DNA of 64,000 bases. Origin: a virus. Both the position numbers and the translations under genes were made by a program. Location: positions 2,968 through 66,967 of the IMG/VR virus record IMGVR_UViG_3300028269_000003; one strand, given 5' to 3'. The notes below the pieces were generated by a model. It saw nothing but the letters and a program-made list of their open reading frames with translations. It was not told where the DNA came from and made no database searches. Positions 53,661-63,651 of this stretch are shown piece by piece (within the stretch, counting starts at the first letter, position 1; each line of letters starts with the position of its first letter).

Positions 53661-54713
53661 TTATGTAAATAATTCGCCATCTAAGCGTTCTAATTCTTTT
53701 AATGTGTAAACCTTACCACGCTCATTTACAAATCTGTCCAGCGTCATGCCTTCACGAAATAATTTGCCTTTAGCTTTACCTAGCACTTCATCTTGAAACT
53801 TAGCAGGCTTTTTGCGTAACCATTCTTGATAGGTTAATGATTCAGGCACTTGCCCATCCATGCTTGCCCTAGTTGATTGCGGCACTTCTTCAGCATCAAA
53901 GCCTAATTCTTGCCATGATTTAATCACTACTGTGTAAGTAGAGCGGCAGTTAAAGTGGGCGGGCAATGATGGTTTAGCCTGACCTATTCTGTAAATGTTA
54001 CCATCACGGCTAGCGCATAATTCAGTAGTTCTGGCATCTAGTGTTGCTGTATAGCGATAACCTTTAATCAAGTCTTGGTTTTCATCATAAAAAGACTCTC
54101 TAGCGTAGTTTGCTGTATGTGCTACGGCTGTTCTGACAACGGCTTCAGCATTACGTTTATTGATTGCCAATATACCATCTTCATAATTTAACGCACGACT
54201 ACCTCTAATGCGTTTAGTTATCTGTGGGATTGTTTGACCTTCAACAAAGCCAATTCTCACAGCATCACGAATCTTTGCACTTGCATCGGCTTCTAAACCG
54301 CTAACCCATTCAGATAACAGTCTGCCTTGAAACGGTCTAGCCATAGCTGCGGCATATACTTGTCTAGGTGCTGGACTATTAAACTCTAAAGCTAAAGGCA
54401 CTGCATTATCAAATAGGTTTGTTTGGTAGCCTAACTCATAAGCAGTTAATTCTGAAAGCGATACATCAAGTTCATCAGCAACTGATTGATATGCTTTTTC
54501 GTTAATTTTTCGGATTGATTTTAATTGTTCATCAATGCGTTCAACGCTAGGTGATTCAGGTAAACGTTCTAGTTGTTTGATTAATTGAGCATACAAATCT
54601 GAATCAGTACGTTTTAGCAAAGCAATAATCTTATTGACTATGCCGTTGCCATATCTGATTAAACCTATCTGATGCGATACTTCTGCATCAAGTATTTTGT
54701 CATTAACGCCCAT
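53661..54713 (-). CDS. minor head protein (SPP1 gp7/MuF family)
   Basis: VRTA..H, ATLDART...C..RDG, P.HFNCRS, RASMDGQVP. Confidence 0.9.
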   Translation of the reverse strand: MGVNDKILDAEVSHQIGLIRYGNGIVNKIIALLKRTDSDLYAQLIKQLERLPESPSVERIDEQLKSIRKINEKAYQSVADELDVSLSELTAYELGYQTNLFDNAVPLALEFNSPAPRQVYAAAMARPFQGRLLSEWVSGLEADASAKIRDAVRIGFVEGQTIPQITKRIRGSRALNYEDGILAINKRNAEAVVRTAVAHTANYARESFYDENQDLIKGYRYTATLDARTTELCASRDGNIYRIGQAKPSLPAHFNCRSTYTVVIKSWQELGFDAEEVPQSTRASMDGQVPESLTYQEWLRKKPAKFQDEVLGKAKGKLFREGMTLDRFVNERGKVYTLKELERLDGELFT

Positions 54714-56128
54714 TATGATGCTACATCATCATCCGTATTTAAATCAATCGTAAGATTAGGCTGTGCATTGGCAATCTTTTCCTGTTCATCTTCCATTGAT
54801 TCATCAGCATCAATAATTTCACCGTTTTGTAAATTCTTAAACAGCGTGTCGTAACTGATTGCGCCTGCTTGCCATGATTTAACGAGTTCAGCTAATTCTT
54901 GCGGTGACATTTTAGCTGGGTGATAGTCAGTGTTAAGTTTAAACTCAATCTCTTGCGTAATGCCTTCCCACTGAGCCATGAAGTTAAGCATTTTCTCTAA
55001 TTGCTGTGAAATCATTTTGGCAATCCCAGCCAATACAGATGATTCGCCATTAACACGCAGTTTCATTGTTCCTTCTGCTTCAACGCCTGCTTTTTGTTGC
55101 TCAAGCATCCTAGCGCCAATCACTGCCATTTGTTTTTCTTTGCGGTCTAGGTTTTTCTCTAGCGCACCCAATCCTTGACCACTAAACTCAATAAACTTTC
55201 CGTCTGCGTTTTCGTTATTGCTTACAATAGCCGTCTGTGAGCCTAGATATATTTTTTCATTTTCATCTAAAGTAACACCAGCCAAAAACAGCATAGGCAA
55301 GCCAGTAAAGTGTGTGCCATATTCGTAATCAGCACTAACACGATAATGAGCAAGGTTTAAATCAACCAAGTCTAACAATGGTGGATATTCAGGATTAATG
55401 TCATTATCAAATGCACCAAATGAATAGAAAGGTATAAATGGTATTGGCCTGCCATTCATTAGTGGAATAATCACATCGCTGACCTGCTCAAGACCGCCAT
55501 TGCCTTCACGATAAACAACTTGTGAATAAACACCATCAACTAATCTTAAAACACGATACTGAGTGCCATATTCGCTTTCATAAGCATCAACTGACTGTTC
55601 GTATTGTTCTGCCAATACAACTAATGTCGGTTGCATTGAGTTGTTAATGCGCTCAACCTTCCAGTTAATGATTGATTCAGTAGCGTAAAAACTGGCATAC
55701 GGTCTAAGGTTTAATTGTGCTGCTGTTGCTGCGTTAGGTGGTCGTTCTGTTACTTGCGGAAACTCTACCAATACACCACAACGATATACTGTCAAAACTT
55801 CACGCAGTATCTTTTCTGCAAACGCATCAGTTGTTGTATCTTTTAAATCAAGGTCTTTGTATATGCGTTCAAATGAATCAGGATATTCGCTGTATGGCTC
55901 TTTGCGAAACACCATGCCACTCAAGCCGTCTAACGTGCGACCGCTAGCATTAAAATATGTTGCTCGCATTTTATAGGCTAGATAGTCTTGCGGTGTCTGA
56001 CCAGCTAACACTGGCAAATAAGCTTGCCCTCGTTCATGCACTGCATATTGCCCTGCAAAAGCATCACGGCATTTCTGCCAGATAGGTTTCATCTTTTCGT
56101 ATGTTGGGTGCAAGGTATTGATAGCCAT
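54713..56128 (-). CDS. portal protein (DUF4055 type)
   Basis: YLP......Y.AY..RA.Y.N...RT, ESIINW, PPLLDL..LNLAHYR.SAD. Confidence 0.9.
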   Translation of the reverse strand: MAINTLHPTYEKMKPIWQKCRDAFAGQYAVHERGQAYLPVLAGQTPQDYLAYKMRATYFNASGRTLDGLSGMVFRKEPYSEYPDSFERIYKDLDLKDTTTDAFAEKILREVLTVYRCGVLVEFPQVTERPPNAATAAQLNLRPYASFYATESIINWKVERINNSMQPTLVVLAEQYEQSVDAYESEYGTQYRVLRLVDGVYSQVVYREGNGGLEQVSDVIIPLMNGRPIPFIPFYSFGAFDNDINPEYPPLLDLVDLNLAHYRVSADYEYGTHFTGLPMLFLAGVTLDENEKIYLGSQTAIVSNNENADGKFIEFSGQGLGALEKNLDRKEKQMAVIGARMLEQQKAGVEAEGTMKLRVNGESSVLAGIAKMISQQLEKMLNFMAQWEGITQEIEFKLNTDYHPAKMSPQELAELVKSWQAGAISYDTLFKNLQNGEIIDADESMEDEQEKIANAQPNLTIDLNTDDDVAS

Positions 56129-56130
56129 AA

Positions 56131-57360
56131 TCATATTCCCATGATTTTAGTTCGCATTATACTGCGAGATTGTATTGGATAGCGATACGCAATGAAATAG
56201 GTAGCACTATCAATTACATGGTCAAAGCCTGATGTTTTGTCTGGCTCGCCATTTTTATCGTATGCCTGACGCTCTAATGCTTCAACAAGTGAAGGGCAAG
56301 TGTCAGGATTAACACGATATTTTCTTGATTCTATCATGGAATTTGCAGATAAAACTCTATCTTTTACTGCTGGGTTTGCGTTATTTACTAAAATATTAAA
56401 TCCATGATGCCGCAAAATAGCTATGTCAGATTCACTGGCATTTTGTGATTTACGGCTGTTGCCACTTGCATCAGGATAAATATAAATGGCATGGCCTTTA
56501 TCTTTGTACCGTTCTTTTAACATTCTTGCGATAGTTGGGGTGTCAAAAACGCCAGTATATTCTTTGACTGCGTGCGGTTCGTTATTACGAAGAACATGAA
56601 TGACTGCACTCATGTTGGTCACGTTAAAGTCCATGCCAATATGCAATGGCTCACCATCTTTTATCGTTTCAAATGTTTCATTTAGCTTGCGGTCAAATGT
56701 TGGATATACTGAACCTGCTGTTAAGTTTACAAACTCACCATCAAGATAAGCTGATAATAGATTGCTTGGGTATGTTTTTTTTAAGTTTTCAATGTAATCA
56801 GGCGGAAGATTTATTTCATTTTCATAAGTGCTAGCTTTGTAAATAACATAGCCGTCTTTTTTTTCTTTTACCCATCTATCGTAAACAAAGCGATAGCCTT
56901 CTGGAGTTGTTGCCACTGCAACGGTATTTTTAATGCCGCACTTTTGGCGATTACGAGCGATTACTTTATTCCAGACTTCTCTGGCTTTTTCTTTTTTAAG
57001 CGTATCAAGTTCATCAAGTATTGAGTGTGCAACTTCATAACCTACTATGCGTTCTGGGTTTTCCATTGTGCGAAACAATATGCGACCAGCGTTAGGAAAC
57101 TCAATGTAAGATGATTGACGATTAAGTTTATATGCCCATTGTTTACGCTCGCACAGTTCTGGAAAGCGTTTAAAGGCAATATCTTCAACAAGTGGGTAAG
57201 TAGGTAAGTAGTAAGCAATGTCACAGTCTTTAAACATAGACTTAAACATCATCGCTCTAGCTATTGCGGCTGCTGTTTTTCCAGAGCCAAAGCCGCCAAC
57301 AAATGCAGGAAAAGTTTCAAATGATGTGGCAAATGCTTTTTGTGTCTGTGTTAATGCCAT
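56131..57360 (-). CDS. terminase large subunit
   Basis: Walker A GGFGSGKT, LDELD, TTPEG, GMDFN, YPDASG, DH..D...Y; different family from 18591..20027. Confidence 0.95.
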   Translation of the reverse strand: MALTQTQKAFATSFETFPAFVGGFGSGKTAAAIARAMMFKSMFKDCDIAYYLPTYPLVEDIAFKRFPELCERKQWAYKLNRQSSYIEFPNAGRILFRTMENPERIVGYEVAHSILDELDTLKKEKAREVWNKVIARNRQKCGIKNTVAVATTPEGYRFVYDRWVKEKKDGYVIYKASTYENEINLPPDYIENLKKTYPSNLLSAYLDGEFVNLTAGSVYPTFDRKLNETFETIKDGEPLHIGMDFNVTNMSAVIHVLRNNEPHAVKEYTGVFDTPTIARMLKERYKDKGHAIYIYPDASGNSRKSQNASESDIAILRHHGFNILVNNANPAVKDRVLSANSMIESRKYRVNPDTCPSLVEALERQAYDKNGEPDKTSGFDHVIDSATYFIAYRYPIQSRSIMRTKIMGI

Positions 57361-57734
57361 TAAACAAAATCATCAGGCGATACGTTTGGCAATTCACTAA
57401 GAGTAACACTTGCTGCAACTTCTTGCTTATCTGAATAGCCATGTTTAGTTAAAATTAACTTAGTTATAGTTGAATTAAAATTGCCTTTTAGACCTTCATT
57501 TAACAATTTAGATTCTTGCAATTTCATAATTCCGTCTAAAATGTTCTGAAATTCTTCAGACTGTTTTGCATATTCATAAATATTATTTCTACCTTTTTCA
57601 GTATAACAAGCCAAACCAGCAATAGATGGTATAACTTCACCTACTGCTTCATAACCGCCATAAAGATATTCTTTAGCTTTCTCTAATGTTTCAGCTAATT
57701 GGCTTGGTCTACCTACTTTATTTTTTTGTGTCAT
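57360..57734 (-). CDS. terminase small subunit
   Basis: GRPS...PSIAGLA..Y...L.G.FN..I.KLIL..HGYSDK. Confidence 0.85.
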   Translation of the reverse strand: MTQKNKVGRPSQLAETLEKAKEYLYGGYEAVGEVIPSIAGLACYTEKGRNNIYEYAKQSEEFQNILDGIMKLQESKLLNEGLKGNFNSTITKLILTKHGYSDKQEVAASVTLSELPNVSPDDFV

Positions 57735-57739
57735 TTAAT

Positions 57740-58018
57740 TTACCTAATCATTCTCATGTCATCTTCAAATTTGCCTTTACATAAAGCAAAAGCATCATCC
57801 CAACGCATTTTATATTCTACATTGTTTTTATATTGCTCATAGTCTTTCATAAATTGGTCATAACTGCCACCTGCTGCACGACCACTAGCACACCCATGTT
57901 TAACTGCGTCTATCAATTCTTGCGGTGCGCCTTGAGCTTCACCAATTTGCTGAATCCTGTCACCTAACGACACACATCCTGTCAGCATCATAACTGATAA
58001 TAATATTGTTGTTTTCAT
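57740..58018 (-). CDS. lipoprotein
   Basis: MKTTILLSVMMLTGC lipobox; GCASG..Y...W.D.F..C; ATTGGAGA RBS. Confidence 0.8.
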   Translation of the reverse strand: MKTTILLSVMMLTGCVSLGDRIQQIGEAQGAPQELIDAVKHGCASGRAAGGSYDQFMKDYEQYKNNVEYKMRWDDAFALCKGKFEDDMRMIR

Positions 58019-58041
58019 TTTAATCTCCAATGATTAAATTT

Positions 58042-58223
58042 TCGCTATTAAGACTGCGCCATAGTTTGGGCGAACCCTACAAATCTATCGCTTTACAATC
58101 CAACGTAATGTTTAGTGTTGCCACAGGTTGCGACTACCTACCCATACTCGCTACGTCTGTGTCTGTTCTAATCTCAGAACGATGGCTAGGTCTATGGCAT
58201 CTCACAGCATCCGCTTTCAGGTA
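58042..58223 (-). ncRNA. two structured RNA modules (homologs of 21086-21146 and 21148-21271)
   Basis: conserved ends, different interiors, covarying stem. Confidence 0.6.
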
Positions 58224-58228
58224 TATCT

Positions 58229-58258
58229 ATTATAAACATTATTTATAAATTATTTCAA
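58229..58258 (-). promoter_or_regulatory. sigma70-type promoter for the ncRNA array, copy 2
   Basis: TTGAAA-18-TATAAT. Confidence 0.7.
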
Positions 58259-58259
58259 A

Positions 58260-58484
58260 CTAATTAATCAGACTAAGCGATTTTAAATTATGCTTATCTC
58301 TACATAAATCATAATGCAAATCTAAAAGTGCTATGGCCTTGCTAAACTTAGGCTCGTATATCTCATGCCTTGCTAAATGCCCGATACTTTGAGCATCTAT
58401 GTTAGTTTTTTTAGATATTGCTTCATAAGTTAAACCAGCATTACGAAGGTTTAAGATTATTCTTTGATAATTAATTTTAATCAT
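58260..58484 (-). CDS. small HTH DNA-binding protein
   Basis: near-identical to 21308..21532. Confidence 0.75.
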   Translation of the reverse strand: MIKINYQRIILNLRNAGLTYEAISKKTNIDAQSIGHLARHEIYEPKFSKAIALLDLHYDLCRDKHNLKSLSLIN

Positions 58485-60679
58485 GCGAATAAATCCTGTG
58501 TCTGCTTGCTTAGTTCGTTGATATTCTTAACAGCTTGCTCAAAATATGACTTTTTGAGTTCACTACCAATAAACCTACGCCCCATTTTAACGGCCGTGTA
58601 ACCTTCGCTACCAACTCCCGTAAACGGACTAAACACTAAATCATTAGGTGCAGTCCATAAATCTAAGGCGCGTTCAATAACATCAAGCTGCAATGGGCAT
58701 ATATGTTTTACATCATCATCTTCACGCGCATCACGAAAGTTTAATGTTCTCGATTGGTCAATATCAAACCATACTGGGCTTGCGTATTTCTGCCATTTTT
58801 CAACTGGAAACTCTTCTGCTGTATGTGATACAGGGTGAGGATTAACGCCATCTTTACGCATAATAACAAGATAATCTGCTAATCCTTGCCTACTCATTGC
58901 GCTGTCTTTTTTAATCGTTTTATGAAGCAATCCAAGCGCTTTAGTGCGCTGCATTGCGACTACTGGGTCTTTCCATATACAAACTTCACTATGATATATC
59001 CATCCTTTTTCACAGAATAATCTAATCAACTCACCGCGAAAATCACGAATGCCGATAAACCCATCATTTACTTTGCTAGTAGGCAAGTTCATGCAATGCA
59101 CAGCCATCAATCTGCCTGGCTTTGTTATTCTTAACATTTCATCTACCAAGTAACCAAAGTGCTGATAAAAGTCTGAATGGGTTTTACTGTTACCCATATC
59201 GCGGTCACTGTTTGAGTAGGTAAACAATGAAGCAAAAGGCGGTGAGTAAATTGTAAAGTCTATGCTATCTGATTCAATCTCACGCGCTAAATCAATACAA
59301 TCTGCGTTATGCACAGTCCAGCCATCGCCATGATATACATCACGCACATAATCATCTTTTTCAAGAATTGCGCCAAATACTTCTTTTTTCATTGACTCGC
59401 TCATATGTTTCACCATCTCCATGCCCATTTGATTATTCTGCTCTTCTTTGCGTTTAATGTTAGCAACTACCGCGCCTTCTGATTCTGCACTTACTACGTG
59501 TACGTTGACTTCTTTTTCTTGACCGAAACGATAGAACCTGCGAATAGCTTGATAATACTGCTCCCAACTGTCTGATAAACCTACAAAAACAGTGTTATGG
59601 CAATTTTGAAAGTTCATGCCAGCACCTAGAATTTTAGGCTTGCTAACCAATACGCGCAGATTGCCATTTAAAAAGTCATGCACTGTTTTTTCTTTATGCT
59701 CAATAGTATCTGAACCTGACACATCAACCGCGCCATTAATTAACTTGCATAGCTTTTCAGCCTCTTCGTTACGGTGACACCATAAAACAAACTGCTCATC
59801 GCTTGCATTTACAATTTCAGCAACTTTAGCCACGCGGTCATCTATTGATTCTTTACGTGCTTTGTTACGTTCGAGCAAGCCAGTAGCAATATCAGCAAAT
59901 AAGTCAGTAGTCGGTTCTGATTCAACTACGTGTTCAATCATGTTTAATGGCGGCAATATATAAGCACTACCATCAAAACCTAAATCAGCAGGGCTTCGGA
60001 TAACAACTGACCATGTAGCTAACCATTCCCAAAATTTAGTGCGACCATGCCCTTTTAATATCCATGTTCCAGTATCGCCAGCATCATTGATAAAGTAAGT
60101 AGCTAGCATTTCAGCCATTCCCATAATGCCTAAAAACTCGCACTGGTTGCCTAATTCCATAAAGTCATTGGGTGAAGGCGTAGCAGTACAACTCAAACGA
60201 TATGGCACTTGCTGACACGCTTCAATCATTGAATTTCTAGTTTTTCCGTCACGGTTTTTTAAAATGCTAGACTCATCAAGTACAACGCCTGCAAATTCTG
60301 ACAAATCAAAATGCTCTAGCATTTCATAGTTTGTGATATTGATTCCGTCTTTTATATTTTCACCGCTACGGCAATAATGAATATCAATTCCAAACTTCTG
60401 CCCTTCTCGCACTGTTTGTTGCGCTACGCACAAAGGCGCAAATATAAGCACGTTGCCATTAGTGTGATTAACAACTTCCTGCGCCCATGAAGTTTGCATT
60501 AAAGTTTTACCAAGTCCAGTATCAGCAAATATAGCTGCACGACCTCGCTTTAATGCCCACTTAACAATTACACGCTGGAAATCAAACAAGTTAGAATTAA
60601 GTGCATTTTCATCAACGTCAAATCCGCTAATGATTGGGACTATTTTTTTTGCCTCTATAAATTCTTCGTATTTCATCAT
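58481..60679 (-). CDS. fused SNF2-like helicase / DNA amino-methyltransferase
   Basis: DTGLGKT, LDESS, TATPSPND, RFGQ then SPPF and PFTGVG in one frame. Confidence 0.9.
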   Translation of the reverse strand: MMKYEEFIEAKKIVPIISGFDVDENALNSNLFDFQRVIVKWALKRGRAAIFADTGLGKTLMQTSWAQEVVNHTNGNVLIFAPLCVAQQTVREGQKFGIDIHYCRSGENIKDGINITNYEMLEHFDLSEFAGVVLDESSILKNRDGKTRNSMIEACQQVPYRLSCTATPSPNDFMELGNQCEFLGIMGMAEMLATYFINDAGDTGTWILKGHGRTKFWEWLATWSVVIRSPADLGFDGSAYILPPLNMIEHVVESEPTTDLFADIATGLLERNKARKESIDDRVAKVAEIVNASDEQFVLWCHRNEEAEKLCKLINGAVDVSGSDTIEHKEKTVHDFLNGNLRVLVSKPKILGAGMNFQNCHNTVFVGLSDSWEQYYQAIRRFYRFGQEKEVNVHVVSAESEGAVVANIKRKEEQNNQMGMEMVKHMSESMKKEVFGAILEKDDYVRDVYHGDGWTVHNADCIDLAREIESDSIDFTIYSPPFASLFTYSNSDRDMGNSKTHSDFYQHFGYLVDEMLRITKPGRLMAVHCMNLPTSKVNDGFIGIRDFRGELIRLFCEKGWIYHSEVCIWKDPVVAMQRTKALGLLHKTIKKDSAMSRQGLADYLVIMRKDGVNPHPVSHTAEEFPVEKWQKYASPVWFDIDQSRTLNFRDAREDDDVKHICPLQLDVIERALDLWTAPNDLVFSPFTGVGSEGYTAVKMGRRFIGSELKKSYFEQAVKNINELSKQTQDLFA

Positions 60680-60742
60680 ATCTCCAATGTTTAAACCGTA
60701 ACTTATTATAATTTAATTTTACAATTTATTGCAAACTATTTT

Positions 60743-61090
60743 TTAACATTCAATAATCATTTTCGCTTCATTTCCATATCCGCGCATAATCGTTATAGGT
60801 TCAAATTGCTTGTCATCAATGTTTAATGCTTTGGCTATTCCATCAATGGCAGCTTTACTTGCGCTTAACAGATTATCTAAATCACGTTTACGCTTATCTG
60901 ACTGCATAAAAGTTATTTTTAAAGGTAACGTATCGGCAGGTTTAAATTTTCCGTTTACGCGCTCTGTAAATGCTATTGTGAAGGCTTCTAGCATTACTTC
61001 ATTTTTAATCTTTACTGTTTTTGCCCAATGTTGACCATTTTTGCGATTAGGCATAAGTTCAGAGCGTGGATAACTTAACTCAATAATCAT
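60743..61090 (-). CDS. rusA: RusA-like resolvase
   Basis: one residue different from 23989..24336. Confidence 0.8.
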   Translation of the reverse strand: MIIELSYPRSELMPNRKNGQHWAKTVKIKNEVMLEAFTIAFTERVNGKFKPADTLPLKITFMQSDKRKRDLDNLLSASKAAIDGIAKALNIDDKQFEPITIMRGYGNEAKMIIEC

Positions 61091-61377
61091 AATAAACCTT
61101 TATCTATTAGCCTAAGCTGCGTTTCAATCATGCCTTCGTAATGCGCTAATTTTAAGTCTGTAATGCTTAAATCTGTTTTTAATCGCCTATCAACTGCATC
61201 ATGGCAATTTGAGCAAGCATAAGCGCCATGTATATCTGATACTTTTTGCGCCATGCCATGCCCGAACCTAACGCCATTTATGTGAGCAAATACTACGGTT
61301 TCGTTATTGTGATTGCATATATTAGGCAATCTGATTGTGCAACTTTCACCTTTTGCGCTTTGTGTAATTTTACTCAT
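61087..61377 (-). CDS. DUF1364/YbcO-like protein
   Basis: one residue different from 24333..24623. Confidence 0.8.
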   Translation of the reverse strand: MSKITQSAKGESCTIRLPNICNHNNETVVFAHINGVRFGHGMAQKVSDIHGAYACSNCHDAVDRRLKTDLSITDLKLAHYEGMIETQLRLIDKGLL

Positions 61378-61739
61378 GATAAACTTTCAAAGTAAAATCC
61401 ATTTTCAGCAGCATATCGCAAGCAATTTTCCATATAAGCCGCCATTTCTGCCGTGTTAAGTTTAGCGGTGCTTAGTAGCCTTTTATGGCTTTCACCGTCA
61501 ATCTCGGTTATCTCGTACAAAAACTTATACCGTAAAATGTCATGCGAGAAGTCTTTATCATATCCAAAGTGATTGCCAAATTGCGTTACAAATTCCCAAT
61601 ACAGTGCATTTGCGTTTTGGCTGCGTTTACTTTTACGCTCTGTTACATTAGCAACATAATCACCAGTTTCAACAAGCTGTGTTACCTTGCTTATGAAGTT
61701 AGGTAGATTGTGTTTAGATAGGTGAAAGTTTTTAATCAT
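61374..61739 (-). CDS. NinB/Orf-family protein
   Basis: near-identical to 24620..24985. Confidence 0.75.
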   Translation of the reverse strand: MIKNFHLSKHNLPNFISKVTQLVETGDYVANVTERKSKRSQNANALYWEFVTQFGNHFGYDKDFSHDILRYKFLYEITEIDGESHKRLLSTAKLNTAEMAAYMENCLRYAAENGFYFESLS

Positions 61740-62365
61740 TCCGCAAACAATCCAAAATTAACTGGCTGCTGTATATTCATAGAACAATTTAAAATATGTA
61801 AACCTAGCTCTGGGTCTACCATGTTACGCAATGCTTTTCGTTTGTCTTTGATTTTCGTTTTATCAATATTAAATCCATAAACTTCACCATAACCTTTTAT
61901 TTCACTGTGTTTTCTATCATCAGTTACTTGAAATCCATGAATATTAAAATTACACCAATAATAATGCCTGTGAATTTCTGCATCAGGCGGTATTAATGGC
62001 GTGTAATATGGCTTAACGTTTTCAATAACAAATTTACATTGAACCGGCGCAAAGTTTTTAAGCAATATTATTTCTTGATACAAGCTCATGTCAGGATAAA
62101 CCGCCTCGTATTGACCAGCATGAACTCCACACCGCCTAATATCTGAATGACTTGGGCATGGTGGACTTGACCAAATAAAATCAAATTCTTTGTAATGGTT
62201 AAGCAAATATTCGTGAGCATCGGCAACGATTACCTTGTCATTAGGAAAATATGATTTATAAACGTCAGACGTTGCCTTGTCATACTCAATAGCGGTTATA
62301 TCATGTTCATCACCCCATAACTTCCGATTTCCTCCAATACCAGCATACAAATTTAATATTTTCAT
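61736..62365 (-). CDS. compact DNA cytosine-C5 methyltransferase
   Basis: LYAGIGG (motif I), SPPC (IV), IENV (VI), RN.V (X). Confidence 0.85.
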   Translation of the reverse strand: MKILNLYAGIGGNRKLWGDEHDITAIEYDKATSDVYKSYFPNDKVIVADAHEYLLNHYKEFDFIWSSPPCPSHSDIRRCGVHAGQYEAVYPDMSLYQEIILLKNFAPVQCKFVIENVKPYYTPLIPPDAEIHRHYYWCNFNIHGFQVTDDRKHSEIKGYGEVYGFNIDKTKIKDKRKALRNMVDPELGLHILNCSMNIQQPVNFGLFAE

Positions 62366-62367
62366 TT

Positions 62368-62556
62368 TCACTCTCCACAATGTTCTCTATGCAACTCAAT
62401 CAACTTAGCCCCTAGCTTATAGTTTATGTCAGTTTTTACGCCATATCGTGCCATTTTTTGCAGCCTGTAAGGTCTAACGTTAATCTCTCTAGCTATCTTT
62501 GCTAGTGGCTTATAGTTGCGTCTAAGCTGAATTAATATTATTTGCCAATTAACCAT
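62368..62556 (-). CDS. small HTH protein
   Basis: homolog of 25162..25353. Confidence 0.7.
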   Translation of the reverse strand: MVNWQIILIQLRRNYKPLAKIAREINVRPYRLQKMARYGVKTDINYKLGAKLIELHREHCGE

Positions 62557-62974
62557 CAACAACCGCTCCCAATGCCTCACGCGCATAACGTAAACTAATT
62601 TCAGGATATGCGCTAGGGTTAGCAATTATTTTGCGTGCCCACGCTTTCATATCTCGTTTAGGCTGCGTCATTTTTTCTACCGCCTCTTTTACTTCCATTG
62701 CATGACGGTGATTTTCAGCTTTAGCCAACGGACTTGGTAAACGTGCAAAGATTGTAGGCTTTGGCTTGCATAATTCAATGATGTCTTTAACAGTTGGAAA
62801 GTGTTTACTTGAATCAACCCAAGCATCAAAAGCACCGCTAACAGTTTTTAAATCATATTCGTTAAGCTTTGAAAACCAGTAGCGCAAAGTGTCTTTATCA
62901 AATTCTCGATGACTAAAACTTGAGCATACAATTTTCATCATTAAAGCAAATTCTTTTTTGTCATTGTCAGTCAA
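62549..62974 (-). CDS. putative helicase loader/replication accessory protein
   Basis: homolog of 25343..25768; C-half near-identical. Confidence 0.65.
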   Translation of the reverse strand: MTDNDKKEFALMMKIVCSSFSHREFDKDTLRYWFSKLNEYDLKTVSGAFDAWVDSSKHFPTVKDIIELCKPKPTIFARLPSPLAKAENHRHAMEVKEAVEKMTQPKRDMKAWARKIIANPSAYPEISLRYAREALGAVVDG

Positions 62975-63651
62975 AATGGCTCTCCTTCAATTTCAGCATC
63001 AGGCTCATCTTTCCATCTCCCCTCATTTAAATATGTTGTTGGATTAGGTATATATCCATCACGCCATTTTTTACTTTCTATTTGCCATGACAACGCAAAC
63101 ATAACATCGTCAATTCTAGGTTTTTTAGATTGCCATATTTTTATTGCTTTATCTTTTCCTACTTTTTTTGGATAAGCTTTCCAAAAAACATCAAAATCTG
63201 AAATTGATTTTTTAGTCACTATATTTGAATCAGGAATCAATGAATCAGGAATCAATGAATCAGCAGGAGTGAAACTGTTATTTAACGGTTTATTAACGGT
63301 TAAACCGCAAGTGCTTGAATTTTCATCAAATTTTGGATATACAGAATCTTTTTCAGTATGATGTGGATTTTGATGTTTTTCAAAATTAATAATTTGAATT
63401 AATGCTAAATCTCCAACAATGTAACGATAGATAAACCCTAACCGTGACAACTCGGTTAGATAACCGTTAATATCTACATTTTCACGGTATGGAAACGTTT
63501 CTGCTTTAATCCTTAACGGTCTATCCTCAAGCCTTCCAGCTTTATCAGCTAAACACCAAAGACTTGTAAAAAGAATAGTAAGCATAGGGTCTGCCACCCC
63601 AAGCAATTCATTTTTAAACAATGATGGTTTTATATTTCTAGCGCGAGCCAT
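62971..63651 (-). CDS. replication initiator
   Basis: MARARNIKP..FKNE.L..LW.LAD..GRLEDRP.RIK N-domain; FDVFW.AYPKKVGK..YIPNPTTYLN..RW.DE C-domain. Confidence 0.85.
   Translation of the reverse strand: MARARNIKPSLFKNELLGVADPMLTILFTSLWCLADKAGRLEDRPLRIKAETFPYRENVDINGYLTELSRLGFIYRYIVGDLALIQIINFEKHQNPHHTEKDSVYPKFDENSSTCGLTVNKPLNNSFTPADSLIPDSLIPDSNIVTKKSISDFDVFWKAYPKKVGKDKAIKIWQSKKPRIDDVMFALSWQIESKKWRDGYIPNPTTYLNEGRWKDEPDAEIEGEPF
63226..63303. repeat. putative origin repeats in initiator 2
   Basis: TGAATCAGGAATCAA x2.5 (63226-63263) and TTAACGGTT at 11-bp period (63282, 63293). Confidence 0.65.

Noticed and set aside
58030-58248. 72-aa + strand ORF
   Set aside because: Antisense to the promoter-driven RNA array, no RBS, and the frame is not preserved in the unit-1 homolog.
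58481-62365. Restriction-modification or BREX/DISARM-like defence system
   Set aside because: No restriction endonuclease or other defence components; orphan methylases and helicase-methylase pairs are common in phage replication regions.
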